DNA of 53,974 nucleotides from a virus (IMGVR_UViG_3300032087_001678:1-53974), one strand, 5' to 3'. Counted from the first letter of the stretch, positions 1 through 9,700 are shown. The notes: generated from the sequence alone by a model not told the origin. A program made the numbers and translations.

Positions 1-91
1 CTAAAAAAGCATTCTCTGTGCTTTGTGCCATATCTTCTGGCAAAAGTCTTGGAGAGATCTTTTTATTAAGTCCACTAAATGTTGTAAGTTT
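1..91. repeat. 91-bp terminal direct repeat (assembly circularity overlap), copy 1
   Basis: 1-91 is identical to 53884-53974, and the nozzle ORF reads through the junction. Confidence 0.97.
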
Positions 92-103
92 GAATCCAGC
101 CAC
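1..103 (-). CDS. 5' end of tail nozzle/tail tubular protein B gene, continuing across the circular junction into 53883..52319
   Basis: GTG at 103 follows the holin stop (106-108) and reads MAGFKLTTFSGLNKKISPRLLPEDMAQ, in frame with ORF 52319..53926; full protein about 555 aa. Confidence 0.85.
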   Translation of the reverse strand, partial: MAGFKLTTFSGLNKKISPRLLPEDMAQSTENAFL

Positions 104-105
104 TA

Positions 106-591
106 TTAATCCTGTTTATCATCTGGTGAATGTGATGCACCAAAATAAAAAGATATCACAGCACTAGCCAAACCTCCTAAATATCCTAACACTAAATTAA
201 TTAAAGCCTCTGAGTTTTGCTCTGGTGGTTGTAGGGTTACTAAAAATATATATCCCATAAAGCCACTTAAAGTCAGTAAACCCATGAATCTTGTTGTCCA
301 ATCTTTGCTGAACTTAGATCTAGCGTCTTGTGTGTCTTGTACCTCTAATGCAAAAATATCAACTTCAAGTTCTTTCATTTTTACTTCAAAGTCTTGCTCT
401 GCTTTTTTAAGCTCAAGCATCTGCTCAGGTGTTGCTGACTGAATGGCTTGGTTGATTGCTTTTGGCTCTGGTTTACAACCTAGAACCTGTGCTACTACTG
501 ATGCTGCTTGTCCTCCTAGCGGACCGCCTAATGCTGAACCTAATGTTGGTGCTATGGCACCTACTACATTTTTAATTAAATTAAACTTCAT
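106..591 (-). CDS. holin-like membrane protein (GTA 3TM-holin-like)
   Basis: N-terminal APTLGSALGGPLGG, a coiled segment, then two C-terminal TM helices ending AVISFYFG. Confidence 0.6.
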   Translation of the reverse strand: MKFNLIKNVVGAIAPTLGSALGGPLGGQAASVVAQVLGCKPEPKAINQAIQSATPEQMLELKKAEQDFEVKMKELEVDIFALEVQDTQDARSKFSKDWTTRFMGLLTLSGFMGYIFLVTLQPPEQNSEALINLVLGYLGGLASAVISFYFGASHSPDDKQD

Positions 592-600
592 TTGCTTTCC

Positions 601-2334
601 TCATACTGTGTAAATGGTCAAAGGCTTGCTTTTACCCTTAACACTTATTGGTTTTAATAATTTTAAACTATATTTGCTTCTTTTTGCAGTGGATTCCCCA
701 ACCAATATATCAACTCCAACTTCTTTTGTAGCTGACTCTAATCGAGCTGCGGTATTTACTGGATCGCCTATGGCTGTATAATCGAACCGTGAATCGCTTC
801 CCATATTACCTACAACAGCTAGCCCAGAATTTATTCCAATACCAATTGCAATATCTAACCCTGATTCTTTTATTTCGTGTTGCATTTGAATCGCTGACGC
901 TATAGCTCTATCTTCTTGATTCTCTAAATCTATGGGTGCCGAAAAAATCCCCATGCAGGCATCTCCAATAAATTTGTCAATCATGCCGCCATTTTGCTGT
1001 ATAGCATTTACCTGGATCGTTAATGCCTTGTTCATAATCTTAGTAACTTCTTCTGGTGGTAGTTTTTCAGATAAGTTTGTAAAGCCTCTGACATCTGTAA
1101 ACAAAAATGTGCAATATCTTTTTTCTCCCCCGAGTTCCAGGAGGTTAGGATTCTCTTGTAATCTTTTAACTTGTCTTGGATCTAAATAATGTTGAAATTG
1201 TTTTTTGATCTGTTGACGCAATTTATACTGTTTTTGGAAGTTAATATAGTAAGCAACCGTAGAAGTTATGATTTCAGACACAAAAGTCCATGAAAAATCC
1301 AATAAAATACCCTTCTGAACGCTAAAAACGCCTGAGAAGCCCGTGGTGAGCAGGAAAATTCCAACGAGACCTAAACCCTTCCCTATGCTAAGAAAATTGA
1401 TTGTGAGCCAAATGAGAGCCACAAAAATTCCGAAAATAAAAATTTCGGCTGCTAAATGCCAATCTGGAATGTAAGGAGAGTTTTCAATCAAGATTGACTC
1501 AGATAATGCTGCTTGGATTTTATGTGGTTCTAATAATCCAACTGGAGTTGCAACTTGAGGCATAATGCCATTAGCAGTAATTCCAACAAAAACAAATTTA
1601 TTAGCAACATTCATTTCTTGTAAATCAGTTTGCGGAGTATCTACCCAACTAATCCACTTACGACCAAGACTATCTGTTTTGACTGGTGGCAATCCTTTAA
1701 CTCTAATTTCTTCTATACCAAGATCATTAGTCTTAATAACATAAGTATCAGCACCTACTAATGCTTTTAATACCTCTGTACCAAATGCAGGAACATATCC
1801 ATCAGGGGTTTTTAATAATAAAGGGATTCTACGAACAAGGTTGTCTATGTCAGTGGGTGCAGTTGCTATACCCTGTTTCACATGATTTCTAAGGTTGATA
1901 GTATTTTGAACTACACCCTTAGTTAACATACCACCTTTTTCATCGCCTAGGATCACCGTACCAATTGTTTCTGGGTATATTTGATTTGGGGCTTCAAACA
2001 TAGCTAATATTGATGTACCTTGTTGAAGAGCCTTTGCAAATTTTTCATCTCCCCCGAATCGGTCAGCGTGGGGGAAAGAAATAACCCAACCAACACCTAA
2101 CGCACCATTAGACATAATCTCATTATGGATCTCAGCTAATCTATCTCTAGGTAATGGATAACCACCTTCTCTATCTATATCTTCTTCGGTAATGTTTAAT
2201 ATAGTGAAGTATCCAGATGGCTCAGGTTGTTCTACTAAATAATCAAATACTTTTAGTTTAAGTATTTCTGTTGGTGTGCTTTGAAATACTAAAGGTGCTC
2301 CTAGTATTATTAATAATAGTAATAGTATTCTCAT
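601..2334 (-). CDS. CHASE2-domain membrane adenylate cyclase (class III)
   Basis: N-terminal TM, periplasmic CHASE2-like region (GGYPLPRD.LA, DIDNLVRRIPL), 3 TM helices, then a cyclase domain with FTDVRGFT, DKFIGDACM, GIGINSG and YTAIGDPVNTAARLES. Confidence 0.93.
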   Translation of the reverse strand: MRILLLLLIILGAPLVFQSTPTEILKLKVFDYLVEQPEPSGYFTILNITEEDIDREGGYPLPRDRLAEIHNEIMSNGALGVGWVISFPHADRFGGDEKFAKALQQGTSILAMFEAPNQIYPETIGTVILGDEKGGMLTKGVVQNTINLRNHVKQGIATAPTDIDNLVRRIPLLLKTPDGYVPAFGTEVLKALVGADTYVIKTNDLGIEEIRVKGLPPVKTDSLGRKWISWVDTPQTDLQEMNVANKFVFVGITANGIMPQVATPVGLLEPHKIQAALSESILIENSPYIPDWHLAAEIFIFGIFVALIWLTINFLSIGKGLGLVGIFLLTTGFSGVFSVQKGILLDFSWTFVSEIITSTVAYYINFQKQYKLRQQIKKQFQHYLDPRQVKRLQENPNLLELGGEKRYCTFLFTDVRGFTNLSEKLPPEEVTKIMNKALTIQVNAIQQNGGMIDKFIGDACMGIFSAPIDLENQEDRAIASAIQMQHEIKESGLDIAIGIGINSGLAVVGNMGSDSRFDYTAIGDPVNTAARLESATKEVGVDILVGESTAKRSKYSLKLLKPISVKGKSKPLTIYTV

Positions 2335-3497
2335 TAGTTGCTTTGGGTAATTTTAATAGTGCTGCCCTGTCCTCCATTTATACTTATAACTCTTGATACT
2401 CCATCTTGTATTAGTATGACGGTATAACTTTTATCAGTATCTATATCTATTCTTGCTGTGCTGTTTACACTTCGTATGACAGTTAGCTTTTCACCTGTTA
2501 TATAAGTTGTTATTTGTGTATCTAGATCTTGTCCAAAATTAGTGCCAACAATATTAAGTGTAGTCGCATCTTGTGCTAACTGATCTTGTTCTTCGGCTAC
2601 CTCTAGTTCATCTAATATATCTAAAAGATCTTCAAGAAAGTTAACATCAAGCCAATTATAATCAAGCTCTGTAAACTCAAGACTATCATCATCTAAATAA
2701 TCTGCGTCTAACTCTTCAAACTCTAAATAGTCTACATCTAATATATTATTAGTTTTTTGTGTTGCATCTTCTTCTGTTAGCTGTATGTTTTCTTTGGGTG
2801 GATTAACAATCAGCATATTATCTATTAGTTCTAAAGTAAGATCTAAAATAACTGGTTTTGTTGGTGGCTTTTCATATACATCTACAGTAGTTGCTTCATA
2901 TGGTTTATTAAGGGTAACTGATCCCATTGCGGTGGTTACTATTATTTCCCCGCTAGCCTCACCCTGGTCATTTGGCAGAAGTATTAGAAGCGATCTACCA
3001 GTCTCATCAACGGTAACTGTAAAATCAGTTCCACGAATTGCTATGTTGGCTGTAGGTGTTTTAAGATCTATGTTTTGTTTATCTATCTTATTTAAAGCAC
3101 CAGTAATGAACCTAGCGGTGCCAAGCCCAAAAGAGATAGCCATTTTAGAATTACTAGGATTTGGGTCAAAGATATATTCATCTATAGTTAGTTGAGAATG
3201 TTCAGTTAGTTTTACTTTAGAGTCATCTAAAAAAGTAATAGCCATTCTACCATTAGTAGTAACGGCACGATCATTTTGTTGAATATTAAAAGCTAATTCA
3301 GCACTATAAGGCTGATCTCTGACTACTTGTGCAGATCCGTTTAACTCAGATATATTGCCAACATCAACAGCTTGTTGCTGTTCCGCTATCGTTTTGAACG
3401 ATACAAATATTAGAGTTAGAAGCAGAACTTGTAATAGAGAGCCAATCTCTAGCAAGCGTTGACATCTGTTTAATGTTGTATGTATTAGAGCTACCAT
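2334..3497 (-). CDS. exported FecR-domain protein with acidic C-terminal extension (start may be TTG 3455)
   Basis: Hydrophobic N-terminus; FecR-type motifs ITFLDDSKVKLTEHSQLTID and TPTANIAIRGTDFTVTVD. Confidence 0.85.
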   Translation of the reverse strand: MVALIHTTLNRCQRLLEIGSLLQVLLLTLIFVSFKTIAEQQQAVDVGNISELNGSAQVVRDQPYSAELAFNIQQNDRAVTTNGRMAITFLDDSKVKLTEHSQLTIDEYIFDPNPSNSKMAISFGLGTARFITGALNKIDKQNIDLKTPTANIAIRGTDFTVTVDETGRSLLILLPNDQGEASGEIIVTTAMGSVTLNKPYEATTVDVYEKPPTKPVILDLTLELIDNMLIVNPPKENIQLTEEDATQKTNNILDVDYLEFEELDADYLDDDSLEFTELDYNWLDVNFLEDLLDILDELEVAEEQDQLAQDATTLNIVGTNFGQDLDTQITTYITGEKLTVIRSVNSTARIDIDTDKSYTVILIQDGVSRVISINGGQGSTIKITQSN

Positions 3498-4089
3498 CTA
3501 AATCCAAATAAAAATAACCAGAATCTGAAGATGTAGTTCCAGAGTATCCATTACCTAAAAAGTTTATAGTATTGCTACTACCATTAACATCTACATAGTT
3601 TGTGGCATTCTCATAATCAATATCAAAATCAAATGTATTAGAGTCTCCTGAGATAATCCAATCTAAATCTAGATATGAAATATCATCATCTTCACCTGCT
3701 TTTAAATCAAATGTGTTACTGCTACCAGTCACATCTATGTTCATATTTACATAATCAGCAGTAATTAATCCTGTGCTATTCATTAATAAATCAAAAACAT
3801 TAGAATCACCATCAAACTCAAAAAAACCTGTAAAGTTATCACCATCGATGGCATCTGATCTAAAGATATTGCTACCACCTATTTGGTTAATATCAAGTGT
3901 CATTGAAACACCATCAAGGTCCAGTGCCGTCATGGTTCCTGATACGGCTGAGGTTCCTCCAATCAAGTTAGATGATCCTAGCTGTTCTAAGTCTATTGAT
4001 GCTGCATTTCCGCTTTGATCAACATAGACTTCGTTATCTGCTAATACAGATACACTAAATAATAAACCAATTAAAAACTTATTTTTCAT
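3364..4089 (-). CDS. secreted curlin-like (CsgA/CsgB-like) beta-repeat protein
   Basis: Sec signal (SVLA|DN); repeated QxG..N and xGxSNxF units (DQSGN, EQLGSSN, NQIGGSN, DGDSN, TGSSN, SGDSN, NGSSN, DGSSN); lies directly downstream of csgG. Confidence 0.7.
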   Translation of the reverse strand: MKNKFLIGLLFSVSVLADNEVYVDQSGNAASIDLEQLGSSNLIGGTSAVSGTMTALDLDGVSMTLDINQIGGSNIFRSDAIDGDNFTGFFEFDGDSNVFDLLMNSTGLITADYVNMNIDVTGSSNTFDLKAGEDDDISYLDLDWIISGDSNTFDFDIDYENATNYVDVNGSSNTINFLGNGYSGTTSSDSGYFYLDLDGSSNTYNIKQMSTLARDWLSITSSASNSNICIVQNDSGTATSC

Positions 4090-4897
4090 TTATACTCCAG
4101 TAACCTTTGTTTGCTCCTTGCTTTATTGTTTCTAGAACTGCGGTCTCAATTGCTGTTTGTAAAGCTATGTCTATAGATTCGTTTCTGACTAAGCCGTTTT
4201 CTATTTCTACTAGCTCTGTTTGGTTGGCTACAAAACGAAAAACATCGTTGTCTAATGATGCACTTAATATTGTTTTAGTAACCAAAACCTCAAGCAACAC
4301 CTTGCCCGTAGTTACGGAAACTGTGCGGAGAGAAACAGTGACGGTATCTTGTTTATACTGTCGAGACAATCCTATGCCTAGATATCTAGCACCAGCCCCT
4401 CCACTTTTAATGTTACTTTCGTAAGATATCACACCGCCCTGCATAATCAAGCCAGCAAACATTAGAGGTGGCAACTTCTTATCTTCGTCAAAGTCTTGTC
4501 GTGTACTTCTTATTATTTGCCTTTCCTTAGTTACATTATCTAAACCAACTCTTTCGACAACTTCAAAAAATCCTCGATTATCAGATCCTGCGTGTTTAAG
4601 TGCTCTTATTAAATAAGCATTGGGGGCTTGGGTAACGGCAGAAGAAAAGGTTGCATAAGAACTATTGCTTCGTCTTTGTCCTGTTTGATCTAAAAAAGCG
4701 TCAGCGTATATTGCTACTACTGGTTTTGGATTGCTAATTAATTCTGCTCGAGCTAATTCAGGCACCAATAATGAGCCTATCTGTGCTGGTTCTGTTCTCT
4801 GTAATGGTGGTAAATTGTTATCTATTGGGTCAAATAATAACGCACAACTAGAAAGAGAAATCACCAAGAGGAAGTTGTATAATAGTTTCTGAGCCAT
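4079..4897 (-). CDS. csgG: curli secretion outer-membrane lipoprotein CsgG
   Basis: Lipobox LSSC; DQTGQR, FSSAVTQ, FEVVERVGLDNVTKERQIIRS, GGVISYESNIKSGGAGARYLGIG and QYKQDTVTVSLRTVSV match CsgG. Confidence 0.93.
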   Translation of the reverse strand: MAQKLLYNFLLVISLSSCALLFDPIDNNLPPLQRTEPAQIGSLLVPELARAELISNPKPVVAIYADAFLDQTGQRRSNSSYATFSSAVTQAPNAYLIRALKHAGSDNRGFFEVVERVGLDNVTKERQIIRSTRQDFDEDKKLPPLMFAGLIMQGGVISYESNIKSGGAGARYLGIGLSRQYKQDTVTVSLRTVSVTTGKVLLEVLVTKTILSASLDNDVFRFVANQTELVEIENGLVRNESIDIALQTAIETAVLETIKQGANKGYWSINEK

Positions 4898-5288
4898 CGC
4901 TTGCAATAATAGTTAGTGTGATCATACCATCCTCTATAGTGTAGCTAATGGTATTTCCCTCTAGTTCAAATGTTCCTTCAGTTGACTGAGTTTCTCCAAA
5001 CATATTTTCTACTATTTGCCTGGAGATCTGAGCATAAATTCTAGATTCTAAATTACGAATAAATCTTGCAAGAGTTGTGTTTTCAGCATCTCTTTTCAAT
5101 TGATCTTGAAGAGCTTTTATCTCTTCTTTGATTGTCATTTTTCTAGTATATTCTTGATTCTCAATGGTTAAATAATGAGAAGAAGTTCCTATACCACTAA
5201 ATGATGGAGACTTGAATTTGTGTACCATTTCATCTGCTGATACAGATAAACATAATATAAATAATAAACTAATCTTTCCTTTGATCAT
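4848..5288 (-). CDS. csgF: curli assembly protein CsgF
   Basis: Signal peptide then DEMVHKFKSPSFSG (cf. CsgF mature N-terminus F.NP.FGG); C-terminal half FIRNLESRIYAQIS...GTFELEGNTI; adjacent to csgG. Confidence 0.82.
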   Translation of the reverse strand: MIKGKISLLFILCLSVSADEMVHKFKSPSFSGIGTSSHYLTIENQEYTRKMTIKEEIKALQDQLKRDAENTTLARFIRNLESRIYAQISRQIVENMFGETQSTEGTFELEGNTISYTIEDGMITLTIIASDGSETIIQLPLGDFSF

Positions 5289-5619
5289 CTCTTTCCGCTT
5301 TTGCTATCTTTTCAATATCTATTAAATTAGGAACACCTAGTAGTGTTTTTAATAATACATCTTGTCTGATAGTCTGATTATCTAGAGCTCTTACTCTGTC
5401 AATTAAAGATACTATAATCCCATATTGAGTATCAAGTTTGGTGGAGATCCTCTCCTCCATCGTGTCTAAACTTACTTGAACTTTATCGTCTAAAGTATCT
5501 AGTTTTTGCTCCATACCATTAATAATTTTCATTATTAATTTCCAAACAAAATAACCTAAGCCTAAAGAGGCTGCTATCGGAAAGCCAAGTTCTGTAATTA
5601 AGCTAACAGCTTCATCCAT
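5269..5619 (-). CDS. single-TM membrane protein (GFPI motif, YvrJ/BhlA-like) with coiled coil
   Basis: N-terminal TM LGFPIAASLGLGYFVW followed by a heptad region; overlaps the csgF start by 20 nt. Confidence 0.6.
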   Translation of the reverse strand: MDEAVSLITELGFPIAASLGLGYFVWKLIMKIINGMEQKLDTLDDKVQVSLDTMEERISTKLDTQYGIIVSLIDRVRALDNQTIRQDVLLKTLLGVPNLIDIEKIAKAERDDQRKD

Positions 5620-5774
5620 CAGTCTACCAGGTTAGTCCACATATATTCTTCTGCTGCTTCTAATGTGGTAAAGGTTTGCACATCTTCCTCAGTGTTATTA
5701 TCCACTATAGTAAAAGTAGTCTCATCATGTTTGACAATGACATAGGGAACATTGGTTATAGGTCCTAGGCTCAT
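5619..5774 (-). CDS. 51-aa hypothetical protein (not in ORF track)
   Basis: MSLGPITNVPYVIVKH...YMWTNLVD; TAATG and TGATG overlaps with both neighbours. Confidence 0.75.
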   Translation of the reverse strand: MSLGPITNVPYVIVKHDETTFTIVDNNTEEDVQTFTTLEAAEEYMWTNLVD

Positions 5775-6496
5775 TATAAACCTCCGCCTCCGCCTCCAGG
5801 TCCCGCTGTGCCTCTAGTAGCAGTTAAAGAAATAACTTTAGAGCCACTATTATAGCCGCTTGAATTTGGGTAGTAAGTTCCGCCTAAAGAAGCTCTCATG
5901 TAAAAAGTTACACTACCATTGACATATCTAGTTCCGCTACCACTACTTACTGTTGCTAACCATTGCCATACAGGAGAATAAGTGCTGGTACTTACAGTTG
6001 TCCAAGTATTAGTGGCAGGACCTGATGTTGATGATGTGCCAGCCCCTGAAGTAGTAGTGCTATACACGGCTTTTGCTTCAAAGGTTGCACTATCTAGACC
6101 TACATAACTTTGATATGCATAAGAAAAAACCGATGCTGCACCTGAGTTAAAGGTTGTAAAACGATGCTCTAATCTGTCATTTGCAGTGTCAACCTTTTGA
6201 CCATAATTACAGCCTACCTGTGCATAAGTAGAATTAGTGTAACTTTGATTGCCCCAAGGGTTTGGGGCAGAACCTACTCCTGATAGAGCCCAGGTGTTTA
6301 ATGAGATACCAGAAACACCACGCCATTCACTAAATGACATAGTAACTCCTGAAGATTTACTAATTAATCCTCTAACATCAGAATCATTTAGCGACATTGG
6401 ATTTGCTGTTGATACTGAACTATCTTGTGCTGAATTGTCCGCTTCATCTTTAATTTGATAAAGACTAACTGAGTTAGGCGAAGCGGGAATGGTCAT
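5774..6496 (-). CDS. putative tail-fibre tip/adhesin protein
   Basis: N-terminal SLNDSDVRGL...MSFSEW module seen in fibre-attached proteins; S/T/G/aromatic-rich beta region; poly-Gly C-terminus. Confidence 0.5.
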   Translation of the reverse strand: MTIPASPNSVSLYQIKDEADNSAQDSSVSTANPMSLNDSDVRGLISKSSGVTMSFSEWRGVSGISLNTWALSGVGSAPNPWGNQSYTNSTYAQVGCNYGQKVDTANDRLEHRFTTFNSGAASVFSYAYQSYVGLDSATFEAKAVYSTTTSGAGTSSTSGPATNTWTTVSTSTYSPVWQWLATVSSGSGTRYVNGSVTFYMRASLGGTYYPNSSGYNSGSKVISLTATRGTAGPGGGGGGL

Positions 6497-6500
6497 TTAT

Positions 6501-6767
6501 TTATCCCCAAACTGCATCGCATACTGATATCACTAGAGCATCTTCGCCAGAATAATCTGTTGCATCGCCATCATCTTCTACAAACTTTTGCAAGCTTATA
6601 GATCTGTTTAAAACGGCTGGAAGCTGTTCATCACTAGGATCATCAAAAGTATCTATATAAGTTACATATACGCCTGGATGAGCTGCATTGCTTGTTGCTT
6701 CAGCTTCAGCGTCCATAGCAGGGTGCACCTGTATTGATTGCACTGTAGTTACTTTAGAAATTGCCAT
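6501..6767 (-). CDS. small acidic tail-fibre-associated protein
   Basis: Coupled (TAATG) to the tail fibre gene. Confidence 0.55.
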   Translation of the reverse strand: MAISKVTTVQSIQVHPAMDAEAEATSNAAHPGVYVTYIDTFDDPSDEQLPAVLNRSISLQKFVEDDGDATDYSGEDALVISVCDAVWG

Positions 6768-9700
6768 TAGTTTCCTCCTTTAAGGTTATTAATTTCACTT
6801 TTAAGTGACTCTATTTGTTCTTGTTGCTCTTTAATAGCTTCAATTAAAAGCCCTACCATATTACCATAAGCAACATTTTTTTGTTTAAATTCGGTAGAAC
6901 CATCTTCTGCTGTTTCTGATACTAAGCTCTTTAAAACAGGAACTTTTTCTATCTCTTGAGCTATAACTCCAAGACCTTCTTTGCCTGTCTCTTTCCAATT
7001 ATAAGTTACTCCTCTAATTTGTTTAACAGTATCTATAGCATTTGGGATAGTTTTAATGTTTTCTTTTAATCTTTCATCCGAATAAGCCGTGACATTACCA
7101 GCAAAAGTTACATCGCCAGTCCTATTCATAGTCATAAGAGCTGTACCCCAAGAGTTTGAGACATAACCATGATCTTTTTTAATTCTAAATTGGTCATCTG
7201 TAAAACCATAACCAACCGACCATGATTCGCCTGACTCTTGTCCAGCTGTAAATATCATAGATGGTCTGTCTGAGTCTGAGGCATTGTCTTGTCTAATTTC
7301 TAAAACATTACCCCAGGCTCTGTTTCCTCTTGTGTGAGTAAGTCTGTGAGATGGGTAATTAGCAGTAGAACCATCATAGCCAACTGTCCCTTGCAGATGT
7401 TGTCTAAAGTCAGATGAAGTAAAACTTCCCCCTACAGTGCCATTAAAAGTGACAGCATTAGGATAAAACACATCTCCAGTAAAGGTGTGTTGCCCACTAG
7501 AATTAATTTGCCATTTGTAACCACTGCCAGTTCCGCTATTTTTGTAGACATAAAAAGTGCTTGACCTACCCACAACTTCCCATATATTAGATCCGCTAGT
7601 ATCTAAAAATTGGATGATGTTCCCACCATTATTTGATCTGTCTTGTATTTTGATTGCTCTTGAGTCTGTAGTTGTGGAATGGAATTTTGCACACTCTGAT
7701 GCCCCACCAAAGACCTCAAAGTTAGGGTAGGTTCCACCACCACCAAACTGAGCTATAGTTGTGTAAGAGTTTGCAGTTGTATGAGCATAGTCTATGTGTA
7801 AAGGTAGCCCTGAACCTGGATCTGATTTCCTTAGCCTATGTCTGAACTGACCTGTTTCATAGTTACCATCAAAGAACAGACCTAGGTTGGTATTGGTATT
7901 ATTTATATTCCCTGTATGTATTCGCAGTGCACCTATATCGTTATCAACACTGCCCAGTGCCATTTTTGTCCAAGCGGTAGTTGCTGAGTTATTGGTTTTT
8001 CTGACATAAAAATCTTGGTCAAAGAAACTTCCTGCAATTTGCATAGAATAATTGTTAGCGTTGTTTGAGTGTCTAGCTTCAATCAAATGTTGCCAAGAAG
8101 AAGCACCTGAATAATAGTTGGTAGGTGATGCAGTCTCAAAAAATCCTGATTGTGAACCAGTAGCACCAGCATTATCTTTAGTAAATGTTCTTGATTGATT
8201 AGAACCATATTGAACGCTTGATGAGTTGGTAGTGGAATCAACAGTAATAGCTGCTGTATATAATCTGCCTGTTAAGTGGGCATCACCTGTGACATCAAGA
8301 GCATGGGCTGGAGAGTTATTTAAGATACCAACTCTTTTACCATCCCCACCAGTAAAGGCTTTAGTTACTGTTAAAGTATCGTTGATAACAAGTTTTCTAC
8401 CATCGGTTCCTCTTGTCCTTGCATATAAGAAAGCATTACCAGCGGTGTTATATCCAATAGACATACCACTATTACTACCATCTTCAAAGCTAGCAATACC
8501 CCAATCGTTAGTGTTTGCAGTGTGATTGTCTCCGTTTCTAACATCAAGCTGAGCAGTTGGAACTGTGCCAACTCCTAATTGTTTTATATAGGTTTTGCCG
8601 CTTGCAGCATCAACCTGCATTTCTGTATCCCAACCACTAGAGAAAACTCCCCATGATTTAGAAGCATCCATATGCCAGCCAATAAATTGAGTACCAAATA
8701 CACCTCTTGAAGTTGAGCCTTTAATGTAATACTGATCCCAGCCAGAAGCATCTGCTGCTCTTAAAAATCTAACTACCGATGAGCCTGTCTCATCTGTATT
8801 CCCTGAGCTAAAATTACCAAGTCTTATCCCAGCAGAATCGTTGTAACCGTAAACTCTATTTACCGCTAGTCCAGTAGTATTAAGTTGACCATAAGTTGTA
8901 CCACTTATTGCGAAATTAGTATTTGTAGTTGAATCTAGTGTAATTGGGTAGCCTGAATCTATATGGAAACCAACAGATGCTCTGGTATCATATGGCAACT
9001 TAATAGCTGCATAGTTTGTACCTGTAGTATTAAATGTCCAATTGACAGCACCAATAGTTCCGATTCCACCTGATTTTAAATTTATTTCAGCATTATCAGA
9101 ATCTAATAATAGATTACCAGATACAACTAATTTTTCAGATGGATCACTACCTTGGTTCCCTATAGCAACATTACCACCATGACCTTGTAAGAATAAAGGA
9201 CGGTCATTTGAGACTCCAGATTCTGTTACTTGTATAATTGCACCACCGTTTGTCCCGTGTGCCTTATCGGCAATTATATACAGATTTAGGTTTGTATTAT
9301 CTGAGTCTCTGACCTGGAATTGTCTATTACCTGCTGTACTAATAACTCCATTGTTATCAAAAGTTGCTACGCCATTTGTTTCAAAATTACTATTAACAGT
9401 AAGACTTCCGCTTAATGTCATATTATTAGAGAAATCTAAATTAAAAGCTCTTTGGTTAAAGTTAATAAGGCTTGCGTCTGTATGAGTAGCGGTTACAACA
9501 GTAACGGCAGTTGAGGCAACCATAGATGGAGTAAATCCACCTTGTTTCCATCTTGTTCCTGTAAACCCAACTTTTCTGCTAGAAGTTTGTGGGACATAAA
9601 TAGCTAGATAATTAACTGAGTTGTAGGTAACTACTGATAATTTATAGCCACTAGAAGCACTATATCTTGAGACAATAGTAGATGACCAAGCTGTCTTAGC

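Noticed and set aside
1-91. Terminal repeat as a biological DTR
   Set aside because: It falls in the middle of a coding sequence, as expected for an assembler overlap rather than a physical genome end.
601-2334. Pycsar/CBASS-type defence cyclase
   Set aside because: The architecture is a CHASE2 receptor cyclase with ATP-specifying residues, and there is no adjacent TIR or cNMP-binding effector.
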